From assembly GCA_046727995.1 (NCBI GenBank), contig JBKPDS010000100.1, forward strand, positions 1-54,930: a DNA stretch of 54,930 nucleotides, written 5' to 3'. Each line of letters begins with the position of its first letter. Position 1 is the stretch's first letter. This document shows positions 1 through 9,545 of this stretch, piece by piece. This stretch comes from Gemmatimonadota bacterium. Lineage in GTDB: Bacteria > Gemmatimonadota > Gemmatimonadetes > Gemmatimonadales > Gemmatimonadaceae. The notes beneath the pieces were generated by a model, which worked only from the letters and a program-made list of their open reading frames with translations, had not been told where the DNA came from and searched no databases. The translations under genes were made by a program, and so were the position numbers.

Positions 1-768
1 GTGCTGGAGAGCGACGAGCTCAACCTGCGCGTCGGCGAAACGCTGGCAAGGCTGGCGGAAAAAATTCCCGGCGGGATCATCTACAAGGCCAGCTTCGATA
101 AGGCAAACAGGTCCAATCGCGGTGCGGCGCGTGGACCGGGACTCGACGCTGGCCTCGAGGCGCTGGCGCGCGTGCGCAAGGCGACCGGCTTACCGGTGCT
201 CACCGACGTGCACACGCCCGACCAGTGCGCGCCGGCAGCAAGCGTGGTAGATGTTCTCCAGATCCCGGCGTTCCTCTGTCGTCAGACCGACTTGCTCGAA
301 GCGGCTGGTGCGACGGGCAAACCAGTGAATATCAAAAAAGGCCAATGGCTTCAACCCGAAGGCATGCGCGGCGCGGTGCAGAAAATTCGCGGCGGTGCCA
401 ATTCGAACGGCCGGTCGCGCGACATCGCCGTAACGGAGCGCGGGACATTTTTTGGTTACGGTGATCTCGTCGTCGACATGCGGTCCTTCATTCGACTCCG
501 CGACGCCTGTGGTGCGCCGGTGATCTTCGATGCCACCCACAGCGTGCAGAAGCCCGGGCAGGGTCCGGAAGGCGCCAGCGGCGGCGCGCGGGAATTCGTT
601 CCGGTGCTGGCATTGTCGGCGATCGCGGCCGGTGCGCAGGGACTTTTTCTGGAAACCCATCCCGATCCGGACTGCGCGCCCAGTGACGGTCCCAACATGC
701 TGCCGCTTTCTGAGATCGGATCTCTTATGAGCCGCGCTGTCGACATCTGGGCGCGGATCAATTCATGA
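1..768 (+). CDS. kdsA: 3-deoxy-D-manno-octulosonate 8-phosphate synthase (5' end probably outside the window)
   Basis: Motifs YKASFDKANRS, LQIPAFLCRQTDLL, NIKKGQ, FDATHSVQ and SDGP; directly upstream of kdsD. Confidence 0.96.
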   Translation: MLESDELNLRVGETLARLAEKIPGGIIYKASFDKANRSNRGAARGPGLDAGLEALARVRKATGLPVLTDVHTPDQCAPAASVVDVLQIPAFLCRQTDLLEAAGATGKPVNIKKGQWLQPEGMRGAVQKIRGGANSNGRSRDIAVTERGTFFGYGDLVVDMRSFIRLRDACGAPVIFDATHSVQKPGQGPEGASGGAREFVPVLALSAIAAGAQGLFLETHPDPDCAPSDGPNMLPLSEIGSLMSRAVDIWARINS

Positions 769-1730
769 CCCATAAGGAGATCGTCGAGCGCGGCAAGCGA
801 GTTCTGCGCATGGAAACCGATGCGCTGAGCGAGGCAGAGCGTCGCATCGGCGACGACTTTGCGCGCGCCGTCGAATGCATTGCGCGCTCCGAAGGACGTG
901 TCATCGTCTCCGGGGCAGGGAAGTCAGGACTGGTTGGCCGCAAGATCGCCGCGACTCTTACGTCCACCGGCACACCGGCAACGTTCCTCCATCCCACAGA
1001 CAGCGTCCACGGCGATCTCGGCATCGTCGACCAGGACGACGTCGCTATCCTCATCTCCAAGAGCGGCGAGTCCGACGAGCTACTGGCCTTGCTCGACCAT
1101 TTGAAGCGGCTTGGGGTATCTACAATTGCGCTGACGAGCAACGCCAACTCGACGCTGGCGCGGCACAGCGACGTGACGCTCGACGCCTGGGTGAAGGAAG
1201 AGGCGTGTCCGCACGATCTCGCTCCGACCACCAGCACCACCGTGGCGCTCGCGCTCGGCGATGCGCTGGCGATTGCACTTCTCGAAGAGAAGGGCTTCGA
1301 CGCCGACGACTTCGCCCGCCTGCATCCGGGTGGCGCGATCGGCAAGCGACTCCTTACCAGAGTTTCCGACGTGATGGTGACTGACCGCATCCCAATCCTG
1401 CCCGAGACCGCGACGATGCGCGAAGCGGTCGTTCAGCTGGCCGAGCGCCGGGGGATTGCCATCGTGACCGGCAAGACTGGCGCGGTGGTTGGGGTGATTA
1501 CGACTGGCGATCTGTCACGGCTGATGGAGCACGAGGAGAATGTCTTTCCCATCCCCGTGACGAAAGTCATGAATCGCACACCAAAGGTCGCGCAGGCCGA
1601 CGAGCTGGGAAGCGCGGTGGTATACCGCATGGAGACGCACGGCATCATCGCGATGCCGGTGCTCAATGGGAACAACCAGATCGTGGGCGTGATTCACCTC
1701 CACGATCTAATGCGCGCCGGGGTTGTCTAA
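765..1730 (+). CDS. kdsD: Arabinose-5-phosphate isomerase, KpsF/GutQ family (SIS + CBS domains)
   Basis: GAGKSG, HGDLG, EACPHDLAPTTST and HPGGAIG motifs with a C-terminal CBS pair; ATGA overlap with kdsA. Confidence 0.95.
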   Translation: MTHKEIVERGKRVLRMETDALSEAERRIGDDFARAVECIARSEGRVIVSGAGKSGLVGRKIAATLTSTGTPATFLHPTDSVHGDLGIVDQDDVAILISKSGESDELLALLDHLKRLGVSTIALTSNANSTLARHSDVTLDAWVKEEACPHDLAPTTSTTVALALGDALAIALLEEKGFDADDFARLHPGGAIGKRLLTRVSDVMVTDRIPILPETATMREAVVQLAERRGIAIVTGKTGAVVGVITTGDLSRLMEHEENVFPIPVTKVMNRTPKVAQADELGSAVVYRMETHGIIAMPVLNGNNQIVGVIHLHDLMRAGVV

Positions 1731-2374
1731 TGCGTGTCATCGCCGGCGCGGTCCTCTGCATCATTGCAGCAACTGCTTGCAGTCCGAAGAAGCAACCGCC
1801 GGTCGGAAGTCATTCGCCGCTCGCTGATTCGGCGGATCAGGTGATGTACGGCGCGAGATTTGTCCTCACTGATCAGGGGCTGCAGCGCGCCCACATGACC
1901 GCTGACACCGCCTACTTCTTCGACGACAACACGCGCATGGAATTCGAGGATGTCGTCACGACTTTCTTCACCACGACGGGCGCAAAGGACGCCGTGCTGA
2001 CTTCGCGCCACGGCACCTACAACAGCCGCACCAACAATATGATCGCGCGCAAAGACGTAGTGGTGGTGTCCGAGGACGGCCGGCGTCTGACGACGCCAGA
2101 GTTGATTTACAACCAGCAGAAAAACCAGATCTCGAGCGACAGCGCGTTCGTGATGACTGAGCCCAATCGGAGACTCGAAGGAATCGGTTTCCGGTCGGAC
2201 CCCAACATGAAGAACATCCAGATTCTGAAAGGCGCCAGCGGCTTTGCCAAAGGCGTGTCGACCGAGCCAACCCCCGCCGCGGCTTCCAGCACACCGCCAG
2301 CCCGCGCTGCGGCTTCCAGCACACCCCCGGCCCGCGCTGCGGCTTCCAGCACGCCGCCCCTTCCCAGGCGCTGA
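1730..2374 (+). CDS. lptC: LPS export periplasmic protein LptC
   Basis: N-terminal hydrophobic/lipobox-like segment (ATAC), beta-jellyroll-like body (LTTPELIYNQ...ISSDSAF...GIGF) and position between kdsD and lptA/lptB. Confidence 0.8.
   Translation: MRVIAGAVLCIIAATACSPKKQPPVGSHSPLADSADQVMYGARFVLTDQGLQRAHMTADTAYFFDDNTRMEFEDVVTTFFTTTGAKDAVLTSRHGTYNSRTNNMIARKDVVVVSEDGRRLTTPELIYNQQKNQISSDSAFVMTEPNRRLEGIGFRSDPNMKNIQILKGASGFAKGVSTEPTPAAASSTPPARAAASSTPPARAAASSTPPLPRR
2272..2360 (+). repeat. 30-bp in-frame tandem repeat (~3 copies) encoding AAASSTPPAR
   Basis: ggcttccagcacaccgccagcccgcgctgc at 2281-2310, a near-identical copy at 2311-2340 and a partial copy at 2341-2360. Confidence 0.92.
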
Positions 2375-2379
2375 GCCAA

Positions 2380-3759
2380 GTGTACCGAGGCCTATTCCTC
2401 GTTCTGTGGCTCTTTGCCGTCGTCGCTCTTTGGAGCGCCCCGGCGCACGCGCAAGAGATCCCACGCAGCTGCGATCTCCAGTTGCCAACGGGGACTGGCA
2501 CGACAGCAAATATCCTGACCGACACTGCCACCAATAAGCGGACCGTCTTCCTCGGGCGAGGCGTGGTCGCTCACTGCGTCGGCCAGGGCAATACCCTGAC
2601 CGCGGACAGCGCCCAATATTTCGAAGCAGAGGGTCGGCTCTTCCTGGTAGGAAATGTCCACTACACCGAGCCGCGGGCGGTCGTGACTTCTCAAACGATG
2701 ACCTACTACCAGGCTGACAACCACTTGCACGCGGAAGGCGACGTCGTCGCCAATCTCTCTAACGGTAGCACGTTGAAGGGACCGGTCGCCGACTATTACC
2801 GCAGCACTCCCGAGCGTCCGCTCGCCCGATTGTTCGCGCCCGGCCGTCCGCATGTGACGCTAGTCCAGAAAGACACCACCGGACGGGGCAAACCGCCCGA
2901 CACCGCGAACGTCGTCGCCAATCAGATCAACATGGAAGGTGATAGCCTCGTCTACGCCTCGGGACGCGTTGAAATCACGCGCCCGGATCTACTCGCCAAG
3001 GGTGACTCGGCGTTCATGGACAGCGGACGCGATTTCGCGCGGCTGATGCGCGAGCCCTCGGTGCAGGGCAAGGGGAGTCGAACCTTCACACTCACTGGCG
3101 GGGTAATCGACGTTTTCTCCCGGAACAAGCAGGTCGAGCGCGTGGTGGCGACGCCAAACGGGCACGCCCTCAGCCAGGATCTCGAGCTCGTTTCGGATTC
3201 GATCGATCTTCGAGTACAGAACAATCTTTTGCAGCGAGCAATGGCTTGGGGACCGGGTAGAGCCCGTGCCGTCTCACCAGAGCGTGAAATTCGCGCCGAT
3301 TCCATCGACGCAATAATGCCGGCGCAGCGAATCCGTGAAGTTCGCGCATTGCGCAAAGCCTACGCGGAAAGCAATCCAGATTCGGGAATCGTCTCGGCGC
3401 AGCGAGACTGGATGAGCGGCGATACGATCGTCGCGCATTTCGATTCTCTCGCCACCGGTGATACGACCAGCAAACCACAGATCAGGGAGATCGTCGCCGA
3501 AGGCAACGCCAAATCGCTTTATCAGATGAAGAGCTCAAAGGGCCCCGCCAACGAACCATCAGTGAATTACGTGACTGGGCGGATCATCGACATCCTGTTC
3601 GAGGATCGGAAAGTCGCGACCGTCACTGTCACTGACAAGGCGACTGGAGTCATGATCGAGCCCGCGACAGCGTCAACGACTACCCAGAAGGCGACTACGC
3701 CCCAGACGCAGCCCAAGCCCGCGGCCAAGCCGCTCGTCAAGCCCACGATCAAACGATGA
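2380..3759 (+). CDS. Extended LptA/OstA-like beta-jellyroll periplasmic protein
   Basis: Signal peptide (AHA-Q), repeated OstA-like motifs (LTADSA, LVSDSI, IRADSI, MSGDTI) and lptA position between lptC and lptB. Confidence 0.72.
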   Translation: MYRGLFLVLWLFAVVALWSAPAHAQEIPRSCDLQLPTGTGTTANILTDTATNKRTVFLGRGVVAHCVGQGNTLTADSAQYFEAEGRLFLVGNVHYTEPRAVVTSQTMTYYQADNHLHAEGDVVANLSNGSTLKGPVADYYRSTPERPLARLFAPGRPHVTLVQKDTTGRGKPPDTANVVANQINMEGDSLVYASGRVEITRPDLLAKGDSAFMDSGRDFARLMREPSVQGKGSRTFTLTGGVIDVFSRNKQVERVVATPNGHALSQDLELVSDSIDLRVQNNLLQRAMAWGPGRARAVSPEREIRADSIDAIMPAQRIREVRALRKAYAESNPDSGIVSAQRDWMSGDTIVAHFDSLATGDTTSKPQIREIVAEGNAKSLYQMKSSKGPANEPSVNYVTGRIIDILFEDRKVATVTVTDKATGVMIEPATASTTTQKATTPQTQPKPAAKPLVKPTIKR

Positions 3760-4982
3760 GCGACAACGACAAGCTTCCCGCTAGCGTTCGCTCGCTGATC
3801 GGCAGTGGCTCCCAGAAGGAGCTCGTGGATGGCTTTGCACTTCACGCCATCGTGCGCGCGGCAGACGACGACGGTGTCGCCAGAATCCGCGACGTCGCCG
3901 CCAACTATCGGGACGACTACCTACGCGCTTTGCGGGTTAAGGGAGTAGACGCCGAGCGCGAAGCGGGGAGGCTGGGCCAGGACGAAGTCCGCGGTTACCT
4001 GGCGACTTCGATTCTGCCACGCCTCGCCGAGAATGGCGTGATTCTTCCTTTAGACGGCGACCTCCATAGCGACTACGCGACGGTGCGGGTATCGCCGGCG
4101 CTCTGGCTGGAGATTGCACCCCGCCGGGCCGAGTTCGCGGAAGCCATGCGCGAAACGGGAGAGCACTCTCGCCTGGCGCTGTCGACGCCGCCGCGGCCGA
4201 CTCTGGTTGGCGGCAGCGTACTGGAAGCCCAGGGTCTTACCAAGATTTACCGGGGTCGCAAGGTAGTTAACGATGTTGCGGTCAGACTTCAGCAGGGGGA
4301 GATAGTCGGATTACTGGGGCCGAATGGGGCGGGGAAAACCACCACGTTCTATATGATCGTGGGCCTGATTCCGCCGCTGACCGGTCGAATCCTGGTCGAT
4401 GGAGAGGACATCACGAAACTGCCCATGTACGAACGGGCGCGCCGGGGGATTGGTTATCTTTCACAGGAGCCTTCGATCTTTCGAAAGCTGTCGGTCGAGG
4501 ACAACATCCTCGCTATTCTCGAGACGCTGCCGCTCTCGTCTGCCGAGAGGTCGGAGCGGCTGGAAAAGCTGCTCGACGAGCTCAGCATCAAGAGACTCCG
4601 GAAGAGTAAAGCGTATGCCCTCTCCGGCGGCGAGCGCCGCCGTCTCGAGATAACGAGGGCACTAGTGACCGACCCGAAATTCATGATGCTTGACGAGCCA
4701 TTTGCCGGCGTCGATCCGATTGCGGTCCACGACATTCAGACCATTGTCGCCGGGCTGCGCCACAGGGGGATTGGGGTTCTGATCAGCGATCACAACGTGG
4801 AACAGACGCTCGACATCGTGGATCGGGCTTACATTATGTTCGATGGACAGGTAAAGGTCTCCGGGACCGTCCGGGACCTCGTTTTCGACGATACAGTGGC
4901 AGATATCTATCTTGGTCCAACGCTCACCGCACGGCTCCGCGAGCGATTCTCTCGCGGACGGGATGAGGCAATAGCGTCGTGA
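3756..4982 (+). CDS. lptB: LPS export ABC ATPase LptB with a ~150-aa N-terminal extension
   Basis: GPNGAGKTT Walker A, YLSQEPSIFRKL Q-loop, LSGGERRRLEI signature, LDEPFAGVDP, DHNV; followed by rpoN. Confidence 0.93.
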   Translation: MSDNDKLPASVRSLIGSGSQKELVDGFALHAIVRAADDDGVARIRDVAANYRDDYLRALRVKGVDAEREAGRLGQDEVRGYLATSILPRLAENGVILPLDGDLHSDYATVRVSPALWLEIAPRRAEFAEAMRETGEHSRLALSTPPRPTLVGGSVLEAQGLTKIYRGRKVVNDVAVRLQQGEIVGLLGPNGAGKTTTFYMIVGLIPPLTGRILVDGEDITKLPMYERARRGIGYLSQEPSIFRKLSVEDNILAILETLPLSSAERSERLEKLLDELSIKRLRKSKAYALSGGERRRLEITRALVTDPKFMMLDEPFAGVDPIAVHDIQTIVAGLRHRGIGVLISDHNVEQTLDIVDRAYIMFDGQVKVSGTVRDLVFDDTVADIYLGPTLTARLRERFSRGRDEAIAS

Positions 4983-6448
4983 AGCCCGGCCTCAACCAGT
5001 CGACCCAGCTCCGCCAGGAGCTGAAGATCAATCCTCGCCTTTACCAGGCGATGGACCTCCTCTACATGCCCCTGCTCGACCTGCAGCAGCACCTTAAGCA
5101 GGAGCTGCTCAATAATCCTTTCCTCGATCTGGTCGAAGCCGAGGAGGAGGAAGAAGAGGAGCAGGAAACAGAGGTCGAAGAACAGGCTCAGACAGAAGCC
5201 GAGGACGAGCGAGCCGGCGAGATCGACTGGGAAGAAATACTTCTCGATGGCTTCGACACCGCCGGCGGCCGGCGCGAGGAGCACGAAGAGCGCGAATACT
5301 TCGAGCCCGTCACCGTGGCGACGCGTGACTTGAGCGATCATCTCCGCGACCAGGTCAGTCTGCTCGAGCTCACCCCGCGCGAAACTCTGCTCGCCGACGA
5401 GTTCATAGGCAACGTCAACGACGATGGCTATCTCGCGTGTGGCGTGGAAGATATCATCCGCACGCTCAACGACGTGGTGACCAAGGCCGCCGAGGATTCC
5501 GGGCGCGAGTCGGATGATCTTCCGCTTTACACGGTCGAAGAAGGCAACAAGATGCTGGCGACCGTGCAGAGTCTTGATCCGCCTGGCGTCGGAGCGCGCG
5601 ACCTCCGCGAGTGTCTGCTCCTCCAGCTCAAGGAATCCGGACTCGAGCAGTCTGTCCCTTATCGACTGGTGCGGGACTGCTTCGAGGAGCTGATCAACCA
5701 TCGATGGAGTGAGATCTCCAAGCGATTCGGCATCAGCGCCACCGACGTCCAGAAAGCTGCCGACGAAATCGCCAAGCTCGATCCCAAGCCCGGCCTCCAG
5801 TACGGCTCCCGCGACGACAACTACATCATCCCGGACCTGATCGTCGAGAAGATAGACGACCGATACCACGTCTTCCTCAACGACGCCAATCTCCCCCGAC
5901 TCAAGCTTAGCCGAGCCTATCAGGAGATCGCGCGCGACAAGAAAAAGTTCGACGGCGAGAACAAGGAGTTCATCTCCAACAAGCTGAATTCCGCCAACTG
6001 GATGATTCAGGCTATCGAACAGCGCCGGCAGACGATGCTCAAGGTCATGAACTACATCGTCGAGCGACAGCGGGATTTCTTCGAGAAAGGCATCCAGCAC
6101 CTGAAACCGCTCACCCTCCGCGAAGTCGCCGAAGTGATCAACATGCACGAATCGACGGTGAGCCGGGTAACCAACGAGAAGTTCGTGCAAACCCCACGCG
6201 GGGTACTCCCACTCAAGTTCTTCTTTTCCTCCGGTCTCGCCACATCGGACGGCGAGGACGTTTCGGCGCGCGGCATCAAGGCGCAGCTCCAGAAACTGGT
6301 CCAGGAAGAAGATCCCAAGCATCCGCTCACCGATCAGGCGATCGTCAACATTCTGCGCGAGAGTGGAGTTCAGATCGCTCGGCGCACCGTCGCCAAGTAT
6401 CGAGACCAGCTCGGCGTCCTCTCAGCGCGGATGCGTAAGCGGGTATGA
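4979..6448 (+). CDS. rpoN: RNA polymerase sigma-54 factor
   Basis: Gln/Leu-rich region I, DPPGVGARDLRECLLLQL, HESTVSR and RpoN box ARRTVAKYR. Confidence 0.98.
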   Translation: MKPGLNQSTQLRQELKINPRLYQAMDLLYMPLLDLQQHLKQELLNNPFLDLVEAEEEEEEEQETEVEEQAQTEAEDERAGEIDWEEILLDGFDTAGGRREEHEEREYFEPVTVATRDLSDHLRDQVSLLELTPRETLLADEFIGNVNDDGYLACGVEDIIRTLNDVVTKAAEDSGRESDDLPLYTVEEGNKMLATVQSLDPPGVGARDLRECLLLQLKESGLEQSVPYRLVRDCFEELINHRWSEISKRFGISATDVQKAADEIAKLDPKPGLQYGSRDDNYIIPDLIVEKIDDRYHVFLNDANLPRLKLSRAYQEIARDKKKFDGENKEFISNKLNSANWMIQAIEQRRQTMLKVMNYIVERQRDFFEKGIQHLKPLTLREVAEVINMHESTVSRVTNEKFVQTPRGVLPLKFFFSSGLATSDGEDVSARGIKAQLQKLVQEEDPKHPLTDQAIVNILRESGVQIARRTVAKYRDQLGVLSARMRKRV

Positions 6449-7458
6449 CCTCAGTCCCGCAGACTGACGCGGCGCAGCGCTTCAAGAGCGGCCAACCGCT
6501 TCAGTCTGTGGCGAGTCGCCCCGACGTCAGCGTACTCGTGCCGGCGAAGGACGAAGCCGAGAACCTGCCGCTATTCATGGAGCAGGCGCGAGCCGCCTTT
6601 TCCGGACAGCCACATCGCTACGAGGTCGTGGTGATCGACGACGGTTCCGTCGACGATTCTTGGAACCTCCTGCAGCGCCTCGCTGAAGAATACCCCTTTC
6701 TGCGTCCGGTCCGTCACGGCGTGAGACGCGGCATCGCCGATGCTCTCCGCACCGGCTACATCCACTCGCGCGGCTCGGTGCTCGTCTTTTACCCGGCCGA
6801 CCTGCAGTACAAACCGGAGGACATCCCGCGTCTGGTGGCGCCGATTCTCGAGGGAAAAGCCGACGTGGTAGCCGGCTACAAGGAAGGGAAGTACGAGAAG
6901 GCGTTCGTCTCGGGAATCTATAATCGGCTCAGTCGGTCGCTGTTCAAGGTCACCGTTCGCGACCTGAACTCGGTGAAGGCTTACCGACGCGAGGTGATGG
7001 ACACCCTCCCCAACAGACCTGACTGGCATCGATACATGATCGTCATGGCAGCAGCGGATGGGTTTTCACTCTCGGAGGTTCCGGTGCCGCTTTATCCCCG
7101 CAACGCCGGCCAGTCCAAGTTCGGCATCGGCCGCATTCCGGTCGGCGTCTTGGACATGCTCGCCGTCTGGTTCGAGCTTCGCTTCGCGCGAAAACCTCTG
7201 CTGCTGTTCGGATTGCTCGGAGCAGCGCTCTTCATCATCGGCGTCATCGTAGGGATTGTTGCCATCCTCTATCGTGTCATCGGCGGCGTCGGCTTTCGGC
7301 CGCTGGTGAACCTCGTCGAGACATGCGTGACCGTCGGCAGCGTGTTCTTCGCTACCGGTCTCATTGGAGAGCTTATTGCCGCCCAGCGTGCCGAGCTCAG
7401 TCAGCTGCGCGCACGAATCGAAGATCTCTCGCGGGAACGCGACACGAATAATTCCTGA
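6445..7458 (+). CDS. GT2 polyprenyl-phosphate glycosyltransferase (ArnC/GtrB-like) with two C-terminal TM helices
   Basis: VLVPAKDE, VVIDDGSVD and ADLQY motifs, R..G.SKF motif and a hydrophobic C-terminus. Confidence 0.85.
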   Translation: MTSVPQTDAAQRFKSGQPLQSVASRPDVSVLVPAKDEAENLPLFMEQARAAFSGQPHRYEVVVIDDGSVDDSWNLLQRLAEEYPFLRPVRHGVRRGIADALRTGYIHSRGSVLVFYPADLQYKPEDIPRLVAPILEGKADVVAGYKEGKYEKAFVSGIYNRLSRSLFKVTVRDLNSVKAYRREVMDTLPNRPDWHRYMIVMAAADGFSLSEVPVPLYPRNAGQSKFGIGRIPVGVLDMLAVWFELRFARKPLLLFGLLGAALFIIGVIVGIVAILYRVIGGVGFRPLVNLVETCVTVGSVFFATGLIGELIAAQRAELSQLRARIEDLSRERDTNNS

Positions 7459-7462
7459 TCAA

Positions 7463-8629
7463 ATGCACGTACTCTTTCTCACGCACTCGTTCCCGCGATC
7501 GGAAGGAGACGCCGCCGGCTCATTCATCCTTCGCCTGGCGGTGGCTCTGCGCAACGAAGACGTCAAGGTGCAGGTCGTCGCGCCGGCTGCCGAGGGCGTG
7601 CCCGAGGCGGACGAGCTCGAGGGAATTCGCGTCGAGCGCTTCAGGTATGCGCCGCGCCGTTACGAGCGACTCGCCTACACGGGCAACATGGCCGGCGACG
7701 TCGCTTCATCGTGGACGGCAAAACTGGCGCTCGTCGGTTTCCTCGGCTCCGATTTCGTTCACGCGGTCAGAGCAAAGCGGGCTTTCGAGCCGCAAGTGGT
7801 TCACGCCCACTGGTGGTTTCCCAACGGCGTCGTCGGCACCTGGGTCGGCGGGCTCGCCCATATCCCGTTGGTAACCACGCTGCACGGGACTGATGTCAGA
7901 TTGGCCCGGAATGTCAGCGTCGCCAAGCCGCTCTTCAGTCACGTGCTCAAACGCTCCGCCGCTGTCACCACCGTGTCCCGCTGGCTGAAAGAGGAAACCG
8001 AAGCGCTGGTTCCCGGTGTCCATCCTACAGTCGCCCCGATGCCTGTTGCCACCGATCTTTTTGAACCCGGGACCTCCCGCGATGGTGCACGCTTGCTCTT
8101 TGTCGGCCGGCTCAACGAGCAAAAGGGCCTGGAACATCTTCTCTACGCCTTGGCTGCTATGAAGCTGCCGGCCAGGTTGGATGTCGTTGGCGACGGACCA
8201 AACCGCGCCGCGCTCGAGAACCTCGGACGCACGCTGGGAATCGAGTCGCGCATTCGTTGGCACGGTCAGGTCCCGCAATCCGCGCTTCCTCCGCTCTATC
8301 AGAGTGCCGCCGCCATCGTCGTCCCGTCAGTCGACGAGGGGCTTGGCCTCACGGCAGTGGAAGCGCTCCTTTGCGAGACACCGGTAGTGGCATTCGACTC
8401 TGGTGGTTTGCGCGACGTGATCCAACACGAGAAGACGGGCCTCCTTGTCAAAGCCGGCGACCGCGCCGCATTGGCGAAAACTCTCGACGACTTGCTCGCG
8501 CGCGATGGCCGGGGCACTCAGTTGGGCAGGGCAGGACGGCTTTACGCACTCTCTGCCTTCGCGCCCGAGTCCGCGGCGCGTCGCTACGCAGAGATATACA
8601 GAAAAGTTCTTGGCGCTAACGCGTCGTAA
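7463..8629 (+). CDS. GT4 (GT-B) glycosyltransferase
   Basis: HAHW, TLHGTD, LFVGRL..QKG and EGLGLTAVEA (EX7E) motifs; ATG at 7463 preferred over the longer ORF start. Confidence 0.9.
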   Translation: MHVLFLTHSFPRSEGDAAGSFILRLAVALRNEDVKVQVVAPAAEGVPEADELEGIRVERFRYAPRRYERLAYTGNMAGDVASSWTAKLALVGFLGSDFVHAVRAKRAFEPQVVHAHWWFPNGVVGTWVGGLAHIPLVTTLHGTDVRLARNVSVAKPLFSHVLKRSAAVTTVSRWLKEETEALVPGVHPTVAPMPVATDLFEPGTSRDGARLLFVGRLNEQKGLEHLLYALAAMKLPARLDVVGDGPNRAALENLGRTLGIESRIRWHGQVPQSALPPLYQSAAAIVVPSVDEGLGLTAVEALLCETPVVAFDSGGLRDVIQHEKTGLLVKAGDRAALAKTLDDLLARDGRGTQLGRAGRLYALSAFAPESAARRYAEIYRKVLGANAS

Positions 8630-9539
8630 CCTCTTCAAGGTCGCGCAGTGGATCTTCGCCGCGGTGGTTTTGTTCTTCGCGGCGAGATCGCTGGCAACGC
8701 AGTGGGCGAAGCTCGAGACCCGGCTGCCGCACATCCACTTCCAGTGGCAGTGGATCGGCGCCGCGACCGTGTTGGTGTTGATTACCTACGCGCTTCTCAT
8801 CGAGGGATGGCGCCGCGTGCTGGTCGCCTGGGATTCACACCTTCCATTCAGCGACGCCGCCCGCATCTGGTTCTTATCCAATCTCGGTAAATACGTCCCG
8901 GGAAATATCTGGTCGCTTACCGCGATGGGAGTCATGGCGAGAAAACGAGGTCTATCCGGTATGGCGGCCGCCGGTTCCTCGGTGATCATGCAGACGGTCA
9001 GCCTCGCCACTGGCACCGCGATCGTCATGGTTACCGGTGCCAAGCTACTCGGGCAGCCTTTGCTCGTCGGGGCATCGGTCCTCGTGCTGGTGATAGTGCT
9101 CCTCGCAGCTCCGCGTTTTCTGCCACCGCTCGTCAGCTGGATTGGCGGCCTCATCGGGCGAGACATTGCGCCGCCATTCGTGCCGGCGACGAGCATCTGG
9201 ACGGCGGCAGTTGCGGGAACACTTTCCTGGTTGTTCTACGGAGTCGCGTTTCAGCTTTTCGTGCGCGGGCTGCTCGGCTCCGCGCCTGGCGAACTCTCCT
9301 CGTACATCGCAGTTTACACCGCCGCTTACATCCTCGGGTTCATCTCGCCCATCGCGCCAGCCGGTCTGGGAGTGAGGGAGTTCACGCTTGCCGCCTTCAT
9401 GACCCAGTTGGGGCTCGCCAACGAAGCTGACGCGGCACTCGTAGCAATCGCAGCGCGACTCTGGCTGACAATCGTCGAACTGGTGCCAAGTGGATTGTAT
9501 ATTGCCGCTGGCCCAACCCGAAATTCTTTACCGAACTGA
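8610..9539 (+). CDS. Lysylphosphatidylglycerol-synthase-like TM / flippase-like membrane protein (UPF0104)
   Basis: Polytopic protein with SNLGKYVPG and PAGLGVRE motifs; TTG start inferred. Confidence 0.8.
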   Translation: MALTRRNLFKVAQWIFAAVVLFFAARSLATQWAKLETRLPHIHFQWQWIGAATVLVLITYALLIEGWRRVLVAWDSHLPFSDAARIWFLSNLGKYVPGNIWSLTAMGVMARKRGLSGMAAAGSSVIMQTVSLATGTAIVMVTGAKLLGQPLLVGASVLVLVIVLLAAPRFLPPLVSWIGGLIGRDIAPPFVPATSIWTAAVAGTLSWLFYGVAFQLFVRGLLGSAPGELSSYIAVYTAAYILGFISPIAPAGLGVREFTLAAFMTQLGLANEADAALVAIAARLWLTIVELVPSGLYIAAGPTRNSLPN

Positions 9540-9545
9540 TCGATC

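Noticed and set aside
2272-2360. 30-bp repeats as a CRISPR array
   Set aside because: No unique spacers, in-frame within a CDS, and no cas genes.
4907-6322. 471-aa antisense ORF over rpoN (similar ORFs lie over clpC, gdh, prfB and lpxC)
   Set aside because: Shadow ORFs expected from high-GC codon bias opposite well-conserved genes; no recognisable motifs.
8445-8609. Long N-terminal extensions in the ORF track (also GT4, dapF, surE, methyltransferase, Trm112, TPR protein)
   Set aside because: They overlap upstream genes or the tRNA; downstream coupled starts fit family lengths.
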